A DNA stretch of 25,868 bases. Origin: a virus (taxonomy: Duplodnaviria > Caudoviricetes). The translations under genes and the position numbers were made by a program. The notes under the pieces are model-generated. The model searched no databases. It was given only the letters and a program-made list of their open reading frames with translations, and was not told the DNA's origin. The stretch covers positions 1-25,868 of the IMG/VR virus record IMGVR_UViG_3300031991_000105; one strand, written 5' to 3'. Below, piece by piece: positions 1 to 8,093 of this stretch. Positions within the stretch are counted from its first letter, which is position 1. Each line of letters begins with the position of its first letter.

Positions 1-582
1 ATGGAACCCGGCCCTCGTTTCGGCGAAGCTCTCGCCTACGCCTCGCAATTGCATGCCCTGCAGAAACGCAAGCGGGCGGAAACCCCGTATGTCGCCCACC
101 TGCTGGCCGTGGCTGCCATCGTGCTCGAACACGGCGGCCACGAAGATGAAGCGATCGCCGCCCTGTTGCACGACGCGGTCGAGGATCAAGGCGGCATTCC
201 CACGCTGAATGAGATCCAGGAGCGGTTTGGCGCGGTCGTGGCCGAAATCGTCGCCGGCTGCACCGACGCCGACAAGATTCCAAAACCACCCTGGCGCGCC
301 CGCAAAGACGCCTATCTCGCGCACCTGCCCACCGCCAGCCGCTCGGTCCAACTCGTCAGCGCATCCGACAAGCTGCACAACGCCCGGGCTTTGTGCGAAG
401 ACTACCTGGCGTGCGGCGAATCCCTCTGGCAACATTTCAACGGCGGCCGCGACGGCACGCTCTGGTACTACCGCGAAGTCGTCAATCGCCTGAACAAATT
501 GCAAGGCACCGCACTTCTCGCCCAGCTTACCCGCGCCGTCGAAGAGTTGGAACGACTCGTCGCGAACGCTACCCGCGTTTAG
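1..582 (+). CDS. HD-domain hydrolase, Mesh1/SpoT-like small alarmone ((p)ppGpp) hydrolase family
   Basis: Motifs H..QKRK..ETPYVAHL, AALLHDAVED and SDKLHN, typical of stand-alone RelA/SpoT HD domains; 193 aa. Confidence 0.85.
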   Translation: MEPGPRFGEALAYASQLHALQKRKRAETPYVAHLLAVAAIVLEHGGHEDEAIAALLHDAVEDQGGIPTLNEIQERFGAVVAEIVAGCTDADKIPKPPWRARKDAYLAHLPTASRSVQLVSASDKLHNARALCEDYLACGESLWQHFNGGRDGTLWYYREVVNRLNKLQGTALLAQLTRAVEELERLVANATRV

Positions 583-706
583 CCCGGAGGCAACGCCGAC
601 GGTGTTTCGTGCTTTTAATGCGCTTCGCTTCACGCCCCGCGCGTCTGAACTCTCCAACGCGCCGTCGGCGATGCCTCCGGGCTAAACTTCGTCGTCCGAA
701 TTCTTC

Positions 707-738
707 CCCTGCGACTCTGCGCCTTTGCGTCTCTGCGT
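707..738. repeat. Four degenerate 8-bp tandem units (CTCTGCGN), host-type intergenic repeat
   Basis: CCCTGCGA CTCTGCGC CTTTGCGT CTCTGCGT read directly. Confidence 0.6.
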
Positions 739-784
739 TAATCTCCTCATTCTTCGCCCCTCGCAGAATCCAAAAAATATCTAG

Positions 785-814
785 TTGAAATCGAGCCAGC
801 ACTTTTAGTAGTGT
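785..814 (+). promoter_or_regulatory. Sigma70-like promoter, copy 1 of a conserved 30-bp motif
   Basis: TTGAAA, 18-bp spacer TCGAGCCAGCACTTTTAG, TAGTGT; A-rich upstream; near-identical copies at 11182 and 11311. Confidence 0.7.
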
Positions 815-828
815 GGCGTTTGTTGATT

Positions 829-866
829 GACGGGTATTGGCAGAGCCTGAGCACGACTCGGGTTTC
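829..866 (+). ncRNA. Putative cis-regulatory leader RNA element, copy 1
   Basis: GACGGGTAT-N5-GAGCC-hairpin-GGTTTC; same sequence and structure at 11573-11607, each followed by a terminator. Confidence 0.55.
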
Positions 867-870
867 CTAA

Positions 871-912
871 GGGCCCCTTGGCTGGAACGCGTTCCGGCCG
901 GGGCCCTTTTTT
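871..912 (+). terminator. Intrinsic terminator/attenuator in the 5' leader of the first operon
   Basis: GGGCCCC-TT-GGCTGGAA(CGCG)TTCCGGCC-GGGGCCC stem followed by TTTTTT. Confidence 0.8.
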
Positions 913-936
913 ATTGGATTGGCGGTTCGATTGACC

Positions 937-1512
937 ATGACGAATTCCAGATTGCAACTCGTTCCCTACCGCGACGCACGCGGGCAGATTCGCTGCGGCG
1001 ATTTGCTCCTGTTCCGCCGCCGCGGCCTGATTTCGATCGCCGGCCGTGGCGAGCACTCGCACGCCGCCAAGGCCGCCTGGTGGGGCGACGACCTGTTCTG
1101 CCTCGAAGTCCGCGAGTGGCACGGCGGCCGCGCGGTCACGTTGTCGAGCCAGGTGCAAAGATTTCCCGGCCGGATCGACGTGTTCGAAGTCAATCCGTTC
1201 GATCGCTGGCCGCACTACGATCGCGCCGCAGCCTCGGCCGTGATGCGGCGCCTGGCCGGCTGTGCCTACGGATATTCCGGGGTCGCGGCCGCCGCGCTGT
1301 TGCACCTGCCCGTCGTGCGGTTATTCGCCCAGCCCGACGTTCACGACGACGCAGCCTCGGGCCGGCCGCCGTTTTGCAGCCAGGCCTGCGCGATGAGCGA
1401 TCGCATCGGCGGCGGCGTCGATCCGGTGCCGCACCTGGCCGATCGCCTCACGCTGCCGGCCGACCTGGCCCGCAGTCCGTTCTATCGTTACCGCTTCACC
1501 CTCACGGCCTAA
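937..1512 (+). CDS. Permuted papain-like NlpC/P60 amidase (YiiX/YebB/YaeF-like)
   Basis: GDLLLF, HSHAA (His), Y-G-Y, FCSQ (Cys) and PADL motifs in permuted order; ATG at 937 chosen over TTG at 919. Confidence 0.75.
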   Translation: MTNSRLQLVPYRDARGQIRCGDLLLFRRRGLISIAGRGEHSHAAKAAWWGDDLFCLEVREWHGGRAVTLSSQVQRFPGRIDVFEVNPFDRWPHYDRAAASAVMRRLAGCAYGYSGVAAAALLHLPVVRLFAQPDVHDDAASGRPPFCSQACAMSDRIGGGVDPVPHLADRLTLPADLARSPFYRYRFTLTA

Positions 1513-1516
1513 AGCC

Positions 1517-2776
1517 ATGCAACGACTCACACACATCCTACTGTCGTGCCTGCTGGCCGTGAGGGTCGCGGCCGTTGGCCTGGCACAAACCGCGGATTGC
1601 CCGACAGGCGAATGCCCGCTGGCGCCACCGGCTGCGGCAAACGACATCGCCGTCGACTCACGCCCGATCGCGCGAATCGAAAACACCACGGCCGCCGGCC
1701 GCAGTTACGGCAGCGGAACACTCGTCGACGTCGATGGCTCCAGCGGTCTGGTCGTCACCTGCGCCCACCTGTTTCGCGAAGGAACCGGCACGATCATCGT
1801 GATGTTCCCCGAAAGCTCGCGTCACTCGGCACGGTTGGTCAAGATCGACCACGACGCCGACCTGGCGGCGCTTGCGATTTCCGTACCGGCGCTGGCGCCC
1901 GTGGAGATCGCCACCGACTATCCACAGCAGGGCGATCCGCTCGTCTCTTGCGGCTATGGCAGCGACGGCCGCCTGGGGTGCAATCGCGGACAGGTGCTCG
2001 GCTACGTGACTACACTGGGAAGCCACGGCCGCGAAACGCTCGAACTCAGCGGCTCGGCACGGCTGGGCGATTCGGGCGGACCGGTGCTCGATCGCCAAGG
2101 TCACTTGGTCGCCGTCTTGTTCGGCACGAACGGCCGCGTCGTCGATGCCACGTTCTGCGGCCGCGTGCGGCAGTTTTTGCAAGGCCTCTCGCCGCGATTC
2201 GGCGGCAGGGACAACTCCGCTCAGGCAAATGGCACGCCCGCCGCGCCACTCGAGAACCTCCCGCCGCGCATCCTCCGCCCGAACCGTCCGCGGCCCGACT
2301 CCCGGTCTCCCGCGAATCAACCGCCGGCCGCCGATCCTTTAGGTCGCGCCGCGGATGCCGTGGGCCGCGCTGCCCAGCCGTGGCTCTCCGCAAAACTCGC
2401 CGCGCTGCTGATCTCGGTCGGCGTGCCCGGGGGGATCGCCGGAGTCGCCGGCGGCGCGATCGTGTGGCTGGCCATGCGCCGCGGAAAGAAGAAGCTGCAC
2501 GCCCAACTCGATCGCTTGCAAAGCCGCACGACGACCAAGAGTGATTCAGATTACATCACCGACAATACCGAACACGTCGAGCCGGCGCAACAACGCATCA
2601 TCGCGCGGCACCACAATCGCTACGTGGCCTATGAGGCCGGCTCGATCGACAAAGCCTGGGCCGCGGCACACGCACGGGTCGGCGAAAAGTACCCCGGCGC
2701 CGTCCCGTATCTCAAGATCGTCGAAGGGGTCAAAGATCAGTTGCTCTCGGGCATTGAAGAACCACAACTTTCCTGA
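1517..2776 (+). CDS. Secreted trypsin-like (S1) serine protease with Pro-rich linker and C-terminal hydrophobic segment
   Basis: N-terminal signal-like hydrophobic stretch; catalytic triad motifs TCAHL, DADLA, GDSGGPV; hydrophobic LAALLISVGVPGGIAGVAGGAIVWLAM followed by RRGKKK. Confidence 0.85.
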   Translation: MQRLTHILLSCLLAVRVAAVGLAQTADCPTGECPLAPPAAANDIAVDSRPIARIENTTAAGRSYGSGTLVDVDGSSGLVVTCAHLFREGTGTIIVMFPESSRHSARLVKIDHDADLAALAISVPALAPVEIATDYPQQGDPLVSCGYGSDGRLGCNRGQVLGYVTTLGSHGRETLELSGSARLGDSGGPVLDRQGHLVAVLFGTNGRVVDATFCGRVRQFLQGLSPRFGGRDNSAQANGTPAAPLENLPPRILRPNRPRPDSRSPANQPPAADPLGRAADAVGRAAQPWLSAKLAALLISVGVPGGIAGVAGGAIVWLAMRRGKKKLHAQLDRLQSRTTTKSDSDYITDNTEHVEPAQQRIIARHHNRYVAYEAGSIDKAWAAAHARVGEKYPGAVPYLKIVEGVKDQLLSGIEEPQLS

Positions 2777-2790
2777 AGGAGTTTTTGCAC

Positions 2791-3654
2791 ATGGCTACGG
2801 CACAACCGCTGTTCACGACCGACGAAATCCTCTGGTACGACAACGGCAAGTGGGGTGAGGTGGGCTATGCGATCGCCAACCCCAACGGCAAGATCTGGAC
2901 CAACAACAGCGTCATCTTCCAGTTCCACAGCCTGATCGGCCGCAACATGTTCGAGTTGATGCACCGCACCGACGTGCGGTTCTACGGCGCGCCGCACAAA
3001 CAGTTCTGGTTCGACCTGCATCAGCTCATCATTACCGCTCGCAAACGGCTGGCCGACCGGCAGCGACTGCCCAACGATTCGAACGGCCTGGTCGTCGAGC
3101 ACGCCTCGCCGGCCCCGCAGGTGTTCCTGGCCTGGCCGATTCCGTTCTTCGGCGAGCGCGTGCGCCAGCCCGACATCCGCGAGTACGCGCAGCTTGCGCT
3201 GCTGATGCTCTCGGAAATGATGCAGCACTCGGAGAACGAGCTGCCGACCTACATCACCGACAGCTTCGCGGCCAAGATCGGGCAGTACCTCCGCGAAATC
3301 CTGGCGCTGATGGCCACGAAGTATTTTGGCTACAGCCGGGCTCAGGCCTACGAACCGGCCTTCGCCCTGCAGGCTAGCGACTTCGCCAACTACGATCCCT
3401 CGAAGGTGATGACGAGCGTCGAGATGACCGAAGAGCGGCCGCCGGTGCAATGGTGGCCGACCGAGTCCGACCTGAGCGCGATTCGCGCAATTCCCTACAA
3501 CGAGGCGCTCGTGTTGGCGAAACGCTGGCCCGCTACCGCCCTCTTGGGCAGTGGAACGTTCGGCGTGCCAACCGGCGCGTCGCTCTCGTCGTCGAATGGT
3601 CCGGCGCCCGCCGCCACGGCGGCGTTCGTCGACGCCCCGGGCCAGGCCCCGTAG
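2791..3654 (+). CDS. Hypothetical protein (287 aa, helical)
   Basis: Shine-Dalgarno GAAGGAG at 2775-2781, ATG at 2791, strong GC3 codon bias; no recognisable motif. Confidence 0.75.
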   Translation: MATAQPLFTTDEILWYDNGKWGEVGYAIANPNGKIWTNNSVIFQFHSLIGRNMFELMHRTDVRFYGAPHKQFWFDLHQLIITARKRLADRQRLPNDSNGLVVEHASPAPQVFLAWPIPFFGERVRQPDIREYAQLALLMLSEMMQHSENELPTYITDSFAAKIGQYLREILALMATKYFGYSRAQAYEPAFALQASDFANYDPSKVMTSVEMTEERPPVQWWPTESDLSAIRAIPYNEALVLAKRWPATALLGSGTFGVPTGASLSSSNGPAPAATAAFVDAPGQAP

Positions 3655-3683
3655 CTATTTCTAACGCAGGAGGATTGCCGGCC

Positions 3684-3935
3684 ATGCCGTTTTCCGATTG
3701 GAGTTTCATCGTGGGGGCCGCGCTGTCGGTAGCGCTAACGGCCGGCCCGTGGATGTTCAAAGTGCACGCCAAGCTGGCCGTGATCGCCAGCAAGATCATC
3801 GACCTGTGCGAGAAGCTGGAGCGGACCGACGACGATCATCGCCGGCTGTGGGAAGTCTGCAGCCGGCACGCGTCGCGGCTCGACACCCACGACGTGCAGC
3901 TCTCGCACATCGCCGAGCGATTGCGCGGCGAGTGA
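3684..3935 (+). CDS. Small membrane protein with one TM helix and a coiled coil; holin-like candidate
   Basis: SD AGGAGG at 3668-3673; 83 aa; hydrophobic WSFIVGAALSVALTAGPWMF followed by a charged heptad region. Confidence 0.6.
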   Translation: MPFSDWSFIVGAALSVALTAGPWMFKVHAKLAVIASKIIDLCEKLERTDDDHRRLWEVCSRHASRLDTHDVQLSHIAERLRGE

Positions 3936-3957
3936 CAAATCGAGTCGTGCTCCTCCC

Positions 3958-4058
3958 GGTCAGCCCCCGGCTCCGCCGGGGGGCCGTTGCCTGTGCCGCA
4001 TTCGATCGAACTTGTTACGTCGCGACGAAGTACCCCCCGGCAAAGCCGGGGGCTGACC
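3958..4058. repeat. Inverted pair of REP-like palindromes
   Basis: GGTCAGCCCCCGGCTCCGCCGGGGGG (3958-3983) and its reverse complement with 2 mismatches (4033-4058); each unit is itself a hairpin. Confidence 0.8.
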
Positions 4059-4093
4059 AGACGAAACGCAAATTGCTTTTACAGGACTCCACC

Positions 4094-4651
4094 ATGCAAA
4101 TTCGCGATCGAATTCGTGAGCTTCGCCGCGTGCGGGCCGATTCGCTTTGCCCGCACCCGCGCAACTGGCGGACCCATCCACGAGCTCAGCAGGATGCGAT
4201 GCGCGGCGTACTCTCCGAGATCGGATACGCCGACGCGCTCCTGGCCCGCGAACTGTCCGACGGCTCGCTGCAATTGCTCGACGGCCACCTGCGAGCTGAG
4301 CTCACGCCCGAGTCGCTCGTTCCGGTGCTCGTGCTCGACGTGAACGACGAGGAAGCGCTCAAGCTGTTGGTCACACTCGACCCGCTCGCTGCCGAGGCCG
4401 AAACCGACCAACAACTGCTCCGCGGGCTACTCGACGACGTGCATACCGACAGCGAAGCGCTGGCGGCGCTGCTCGCATCGCTGGCCGAGGAAAACCCGCT
4501 CGAGGCCGAACTCGACCAGGCGGCACCCGCCGATCCGATCGTGCCCGAGAGCTTTCAAGTCGTCGTGCTGTGCGACGACGAGGAGCAACAGCGCGAAGTG
4601 TATGAGCGCATGAAGTCCGAAGGTTTCAAGTGCCGTGTCCTTTCCTTATAG
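4094..4651 (+). CDS. ParB/Srx N-terminal-like domain protein, phage packaging-associated type
   Basis: L.PHPRNWRTHP...IGYADALL...LLDGHLR motifs; ATG at 4094 after AGGA; short C-terminal beta/alpha domain (FQVVVLCDDEEQQ). Confidence 0.8.
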   Translation: MQIRDRIRELRRVRADSLCPHPRNWRTHPRAQQDAMRGVLSEIGYADALLARELSDGSLQLLDGHLRAELTPESLVPVLVLDVNDEEALKLLVTLDPLAAEAETDQQLLRGLLDDVHTDSEALAALLASLAEENPLEAELDQAAPADPIVPESFQVVVLCDDEEQQREVYERMKSEGFKCRVLSL

Positions 4652-4668
4652 ATTCTTGTGAGCCAGCC

Positions 4669-5778
4669 ATGCCGATGATTCAGGCGGAAGTAGATTGTCC
4701 GGTGCACGATTCGTTTCGCGTGCAGCAAGTGGCCGGCATGTTCGACGTGCCGCTGGCCGAACGGTCGGCGCGATCGTTTGCCGTGGAGGTTCCCGGTGTC
4801 GACGAGGATTGGCAGATCGGCCTGATCGTCGGTCCCTCGGGAAGCGGCAAGACCACGATCGCCCGACAAGCATACGGCGGCGAGCTGGCCGAGGCCGCGG
4901 CCTGGCCAGCAGATCGCGCCGTCGTCGACGGCTTCGGTTCCCTCTCCGCGCGGCAGATTACCGGCCTGCTCACGGCGGTCGGCTTCGGCTCGCCTCCGGC
5001 CTGGGTGCGTCCGTATCACACGCTCAGCCGCGGCGAGCAATTCCGCTGCGACCTCGCCCGGGCGCTCGCTGCGGGAGTCGAACGAACAAGCAGACAGTCA
5101 TCCGGCGACCTGCCGCTGGTTGCGTTCGACGAGTTCACCAGCGTCGTCGATCGCAACGTGGCGCAATTCGGCTCGGCCGCGATTGCCAAGGCGATTCGCG
5201 CCGGCCGCATTCCCTGCCGTTTCGTGGCGGTGACCTGTCACTACGACGTCGCCGAGTGGCTCGAGCCCGACTGGATCGTCGACATGCAGCTCGGCACCTG
5301 CCAGCGGAGGCGCCTTCGGCGGCCCGCAATTGAACTCGAATTGCGCCGCTGCCACCGCCGCCTCTGGAAGTTGTTTGCGCCGCATCATTATCTGAGCGGC
5401 AACCTGAACCGCGCCGCCCGCTGCTATGCCGCCTGGTGGAAAGGGCTGCCCATCGCGTTTTGTGCCACGCTGTCGGCAATCGGCCGCAAGAATCATTGGC
5501 GCATCAGCCGCCTGGTCACACTTCCCGACTTTCAAGGCGTCGGCATCGGCACCCGCGTGGCCGAGGCCGTGGGCCAACTGTACCGCGCGGCCGGTTGCCG
5601 CCTGAATATCACCGCCAGTCACCCGGCGCTAATCGCCCACTGCGCGCGTTCACCGCTGTGGCGCACCGTGCGCGTGCTTCGCTCGGGAGCCGGCGACACG
5701 CGGCATCTCGAGCGAGGTTACCGCAGTTCGGCCGGGCGTAGCGTGGTCTCCTTCGAATACCTGGGAACACAATCGTGA
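4669..5778 (+). CDS. ABC-type ATPase fused to a GNAT/Mom-like acetyltransferase
   Basis: Walker A GPSGSGKTT, signature LSRGEQFR, Walker B VAFDEF, H-switch AVTCH; C-terminal FAPHHYL and RLVTLPDFQGVGIG acetyl-CoA motif. Confidence 0.85.
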   Translation: MPMIQAEVDCPVHDSFRVQQVAGMFDVPLAERSARSFAVEVPGVDEDWQIGLIVGPSGSGKTTIARQAYGGELAEAAAWPADRAVVDGFGSLSARQITGLLTAVGFGSPPAWVRPYHTLSRGEQFRCDLARALAAGVERTSRQSSGDLPLVAFDEFTSVVDRNVAQFGSAAIAKAIRAGRIPCRFVAVTCHYDVAEWLEPDWIVDMQLGTCQRRRLRRPAIELELRRCHRRLWKLFAPHHYLSGNLNRAARCYAAWWKGLPIAFCATLSAIGRKNHWRISRLVTLPDFQGVGIGTRVAEAVGQLYRAAGCRLNITASHPALIAHCARSPLWRTVRVLRSGAGDTRHLERGYRSSAGRSVVSFEYLGTQS

Positions 5779-6245
5779 ATGAACGCGAAGAACCGGCCAA
5801 GACGCCTTATCTCGACGAAGTCAAACAGAGCGCGATCTGCGCCGTGCTGGCCATGGGGGGCACCCGGGCCATCGCCGCCTCGTACGTCGGCTGCCATCCC
5901 GACACGATTCGCAACACCGAGCTGCGCGACGAAGCCTTCGCCCAGGCGCTCGAAGCCGCCGAATCGAAGCACGAAGTGTCGCAACTTTCCCACATCAACA
6001 ACGCGGGCCGCGAAGGCCGCCACTGGCGCGCCGCGGCCTGGGTGCTCGAGCATCGTTATCCGTCGCGCTATGGAAAGCGTCGTCCCGATCTGTTCACGCT
6101 CGAACAGGTGTCGCACGTGCTTACGCAGTTCGCCGAAGTGATCCTCGACGAAGTCACCGACTCCGAAGCGCGCGAAAAGATCCTTGCTCGACTGGCCGAA
6201 CTCACCACCGGCCTGCAGTCCGACGCCGCGGGAGAAAACCCATGA
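5775..6245 (+). CDS. Terminase small subunit-like HTH protein
   Basis: HTH GGTRAIAASYVGCHPDTIRN, WRAAAWVLEHRYP motif; 4-bp overlaps with both neighbours; directly upstream of TerL. Confidence 0.65.
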   Translation: MNEREEPAKTPYLDEVKQSAICAVLAMGGTRAIAASYVGCHPDTIRNTELRDEAFAQALEAAESKHEVSQLSHINNAGREGRHWRAAAWVLEHRYPSRYGKRRPDLFTLEQVSHVLTQFAEVILDEVTDSEAREKILARLAELTTGLQSDAAGENP

Positions 6246-7849
6246 AACTCGCTGCCAGTTGGAATCGCGAAGGCATCTCCACGGCCGCCTGGGCCGAACT
6301 CGCGCTGCATCTCAGGGCCTGCGTCGCGCGCCGCGTGCGCTGCGAAGGCAGCGACCGCCAGCCGCTGCTCGATTGGGGCCGCCGCTACCTGCCGCATTAT
6401 CTCCAAAAGCCTCCCTCGGGCATGCACGTCTGGCTGGCCGATCAACTCGACGCCATTACCACCCAGCGCGGCAGCAAGCTCAACGTCATCGGTCCCCGCG
6501 GCGGCGCCAAGAGCACAATCGGCACGCTCGCCTACGCCCTCCGTGCGGCCGTCGAAGGCTGGGAGCCGTATATCTGGATCCTTTCCGACACCAGCCGCCA
6601 GGCCGCCGCGCACCTCGAAAACCTCAAGCTCGAACTAACCACCAACCGCTTTCTGGCTGCCGACTACCCGCAAGCCGTCGACGAAGGGCCGATGTGGCGT
6701 ACCGCCGCGATCCGCATGAACAACGGCGTCACGATCGAATCCTACGGCACCGGCCAGCGCGTTCGCGGCAAACGCGTCGGCGAGTATCGGCCGACGCTGA
6801 TCATTTGCGACGACCTGCAAAACGACGATCACATGCGCTCGGTCACCGCCCGCGAAACGTCGGTGCGGTGGTTCGAAGGCACGCTCCTTAAGGCCGGCAC
6901 GCCGCAAACGAACTTCGTCAACCTGGCCACCGCATTGCACCGCGACGCGTTGGCGCTCAAACTCGACCGCACGCCCGGCTGGACATCGCGAGTCTTCCAG
7001 GCCATCGGCCGCTGGCCCGACAACATGAGCTTGTGGCACGAGTGGGAGCTCTTGTACTGCGACCTCGATCGCGAAGACGCGCAGTCGGCCGCGCAGGCGT
7101 TCTACAACGAGCACCGCGCGGAAATGGACGCCGGAGCCGAACTCCTGTGGCCCGAGTTCGAAAGCTTGTACACGCTGATGCAGATGCGCGTCGAAGGAGG
7201 ACGCACGGCGTTCGAACGCGAAAAGCAAGGTTCGCCGCTTGGTCCCGATGCCTGCGAATGGCCGGCCGACTACTTCGATGAGCATCTCTGGTTCGACGAG
7301 TGGCCCGGCAATTTGCGACTCAAAGTCGTGGCTCTCGACCCCAGCAAGGGACGCGATGCCCGCCGCGGCGACTTTTCAGCGTTCGTCCTGCTGGGCGTCG
7401 ACTCCGAAGGTTTGCTGTACGTCGACGCCGATTTGCAACGCCGGCCCACGCCCGAGATGGTGGCCGCGGGCGTCGAGCATTGCCGCGTGTTCCGCCCCGA
7501 CGCGTTCGGTGTCGAAAGCAACCAGTTCCAAGAGCTATTGGCCGACGAGTTCGCCGCGGAGTTTCGCCGGCAGGGGATGGTCGACGTGCATCCCTGGAGC
7601 ATCGACAACCGCGTCAACAAGGCCGTCCGCATCCGCCGGCTCGGCCCATATCTTTCCGGACGGCGCCTCCGCTTCAAACACGATTCGCCGGGTGCGAGGC
7701 TGCTGGTCGAGCAGCTTCAAGAGTTCCCGGCCGCCGACCACGACGACGGACCCGACGCGCTGGAAATGGCCATCCGCCTGGCCGGCGAACTGCTGGACGG
7801 CAACGCCGCAGGCGACAACCTGGGCGAGCGACTGCCGGTTGAAGCGTGA
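6242..7849 (+). CDS. terL: Phage terminase large subunit
   Basis: Walker A PRGGAKST, Walker B LIICDD, RNase H-like nuclease motifs VALDPS, GDFSA and HDDGPDA. Confidence 0.92.
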   Translation: MKLAASWNREGISTAAWAELALHLRACVARRVRCEGSDRQPLLDWGRRYLPHYLQKPPSGMHVWLADQLDAITTQRGSKLNVIGPRGGAKSTIGTLAYALRAAVEGWEPYIWILSDTSRQAAAHLENLKLELTTNRFLAADYPQAVDEGPMWRTAAIRMNNGVTIESYGTGQRVRGKRVGEYRPTLIICDDLQNDDHMRSVTARETSVRWFEGTLLKAGTPQTNFVNLATALHRDALALKLDRTPGWTSRVFQAIGRWPDNMSLWHEWELLYCDLDREDAQSAAQAFYNEHRAEMDAGAELLWPEFESLYTLMQMRVEGGRTAFEREKQGSPLGPDACEWPADYFDEHLWFDEWPGNLRLKVVALDPSKGRDARRGDFSAFVLLGVDSEGLLYVDADLQRRPTPEMVAAGVEHCRVFRPDAFGVESNQFQELLADEFAAEFRRQGMVDVHPWSIDNRVNKAVRIRRLGPYLSGRRLRFKHDSPGARLLVEQLQEFPAADHDDGPDALEMAIRLAGELLDGNAAGDNLGERLPVEA

Positions 7850-7852
7850 GGA

Positions 7853-8001
7853 GAAGGATGAAGGCAGAAGGATGAAGGATGAGTAAGACAACAAGCACAC
7901 TAACCCGACGCGCCAGCGAGGGAGAACCAGTCTCCCCTCTCCCGCGCGAATAGTTCACTACGGGATATGCGCGATCGCGGGAGAGGGGTCGGGGGTGAGG
8001 G
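7853..8001. repeat. Cluster of host-type intergenic repeats between terL and portal
   Basis: Four GAAGGAT-like heptamers (7853-7880); TAACCCGACGCGCCAGCGAGGG unit (7901-7922); perfect 13-bp inverted repeat CCCCTCTCCCGCG (7934-7946) / CGCGGGAGAGGGG (7976-7988) followed by TCGGGGGTGAGGG. Confidence 0.7.
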
Positions 8002-8093
8002 CTCTTCGAGTCCCATATCAACCGACCGCCCATGAAATTATGCAACTGTGCCACTAAAACAAAACACTTCAATGGCTTGGCAAGGAGTTGGGT

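Noticed and set aside
3698-4093. N-terminal extension of the ParB ORF; likewise 11609-11695 and 15102-15416
   Set aside because: These extensions overlap other genes, REP elements or a terminator; downstream starts with SD sequences fit better
4669-5300. ABC transporter subunit
   Set aside because: No permease or binding protein nearby; the ATPase is fused to a GNAT domain in a terminase context
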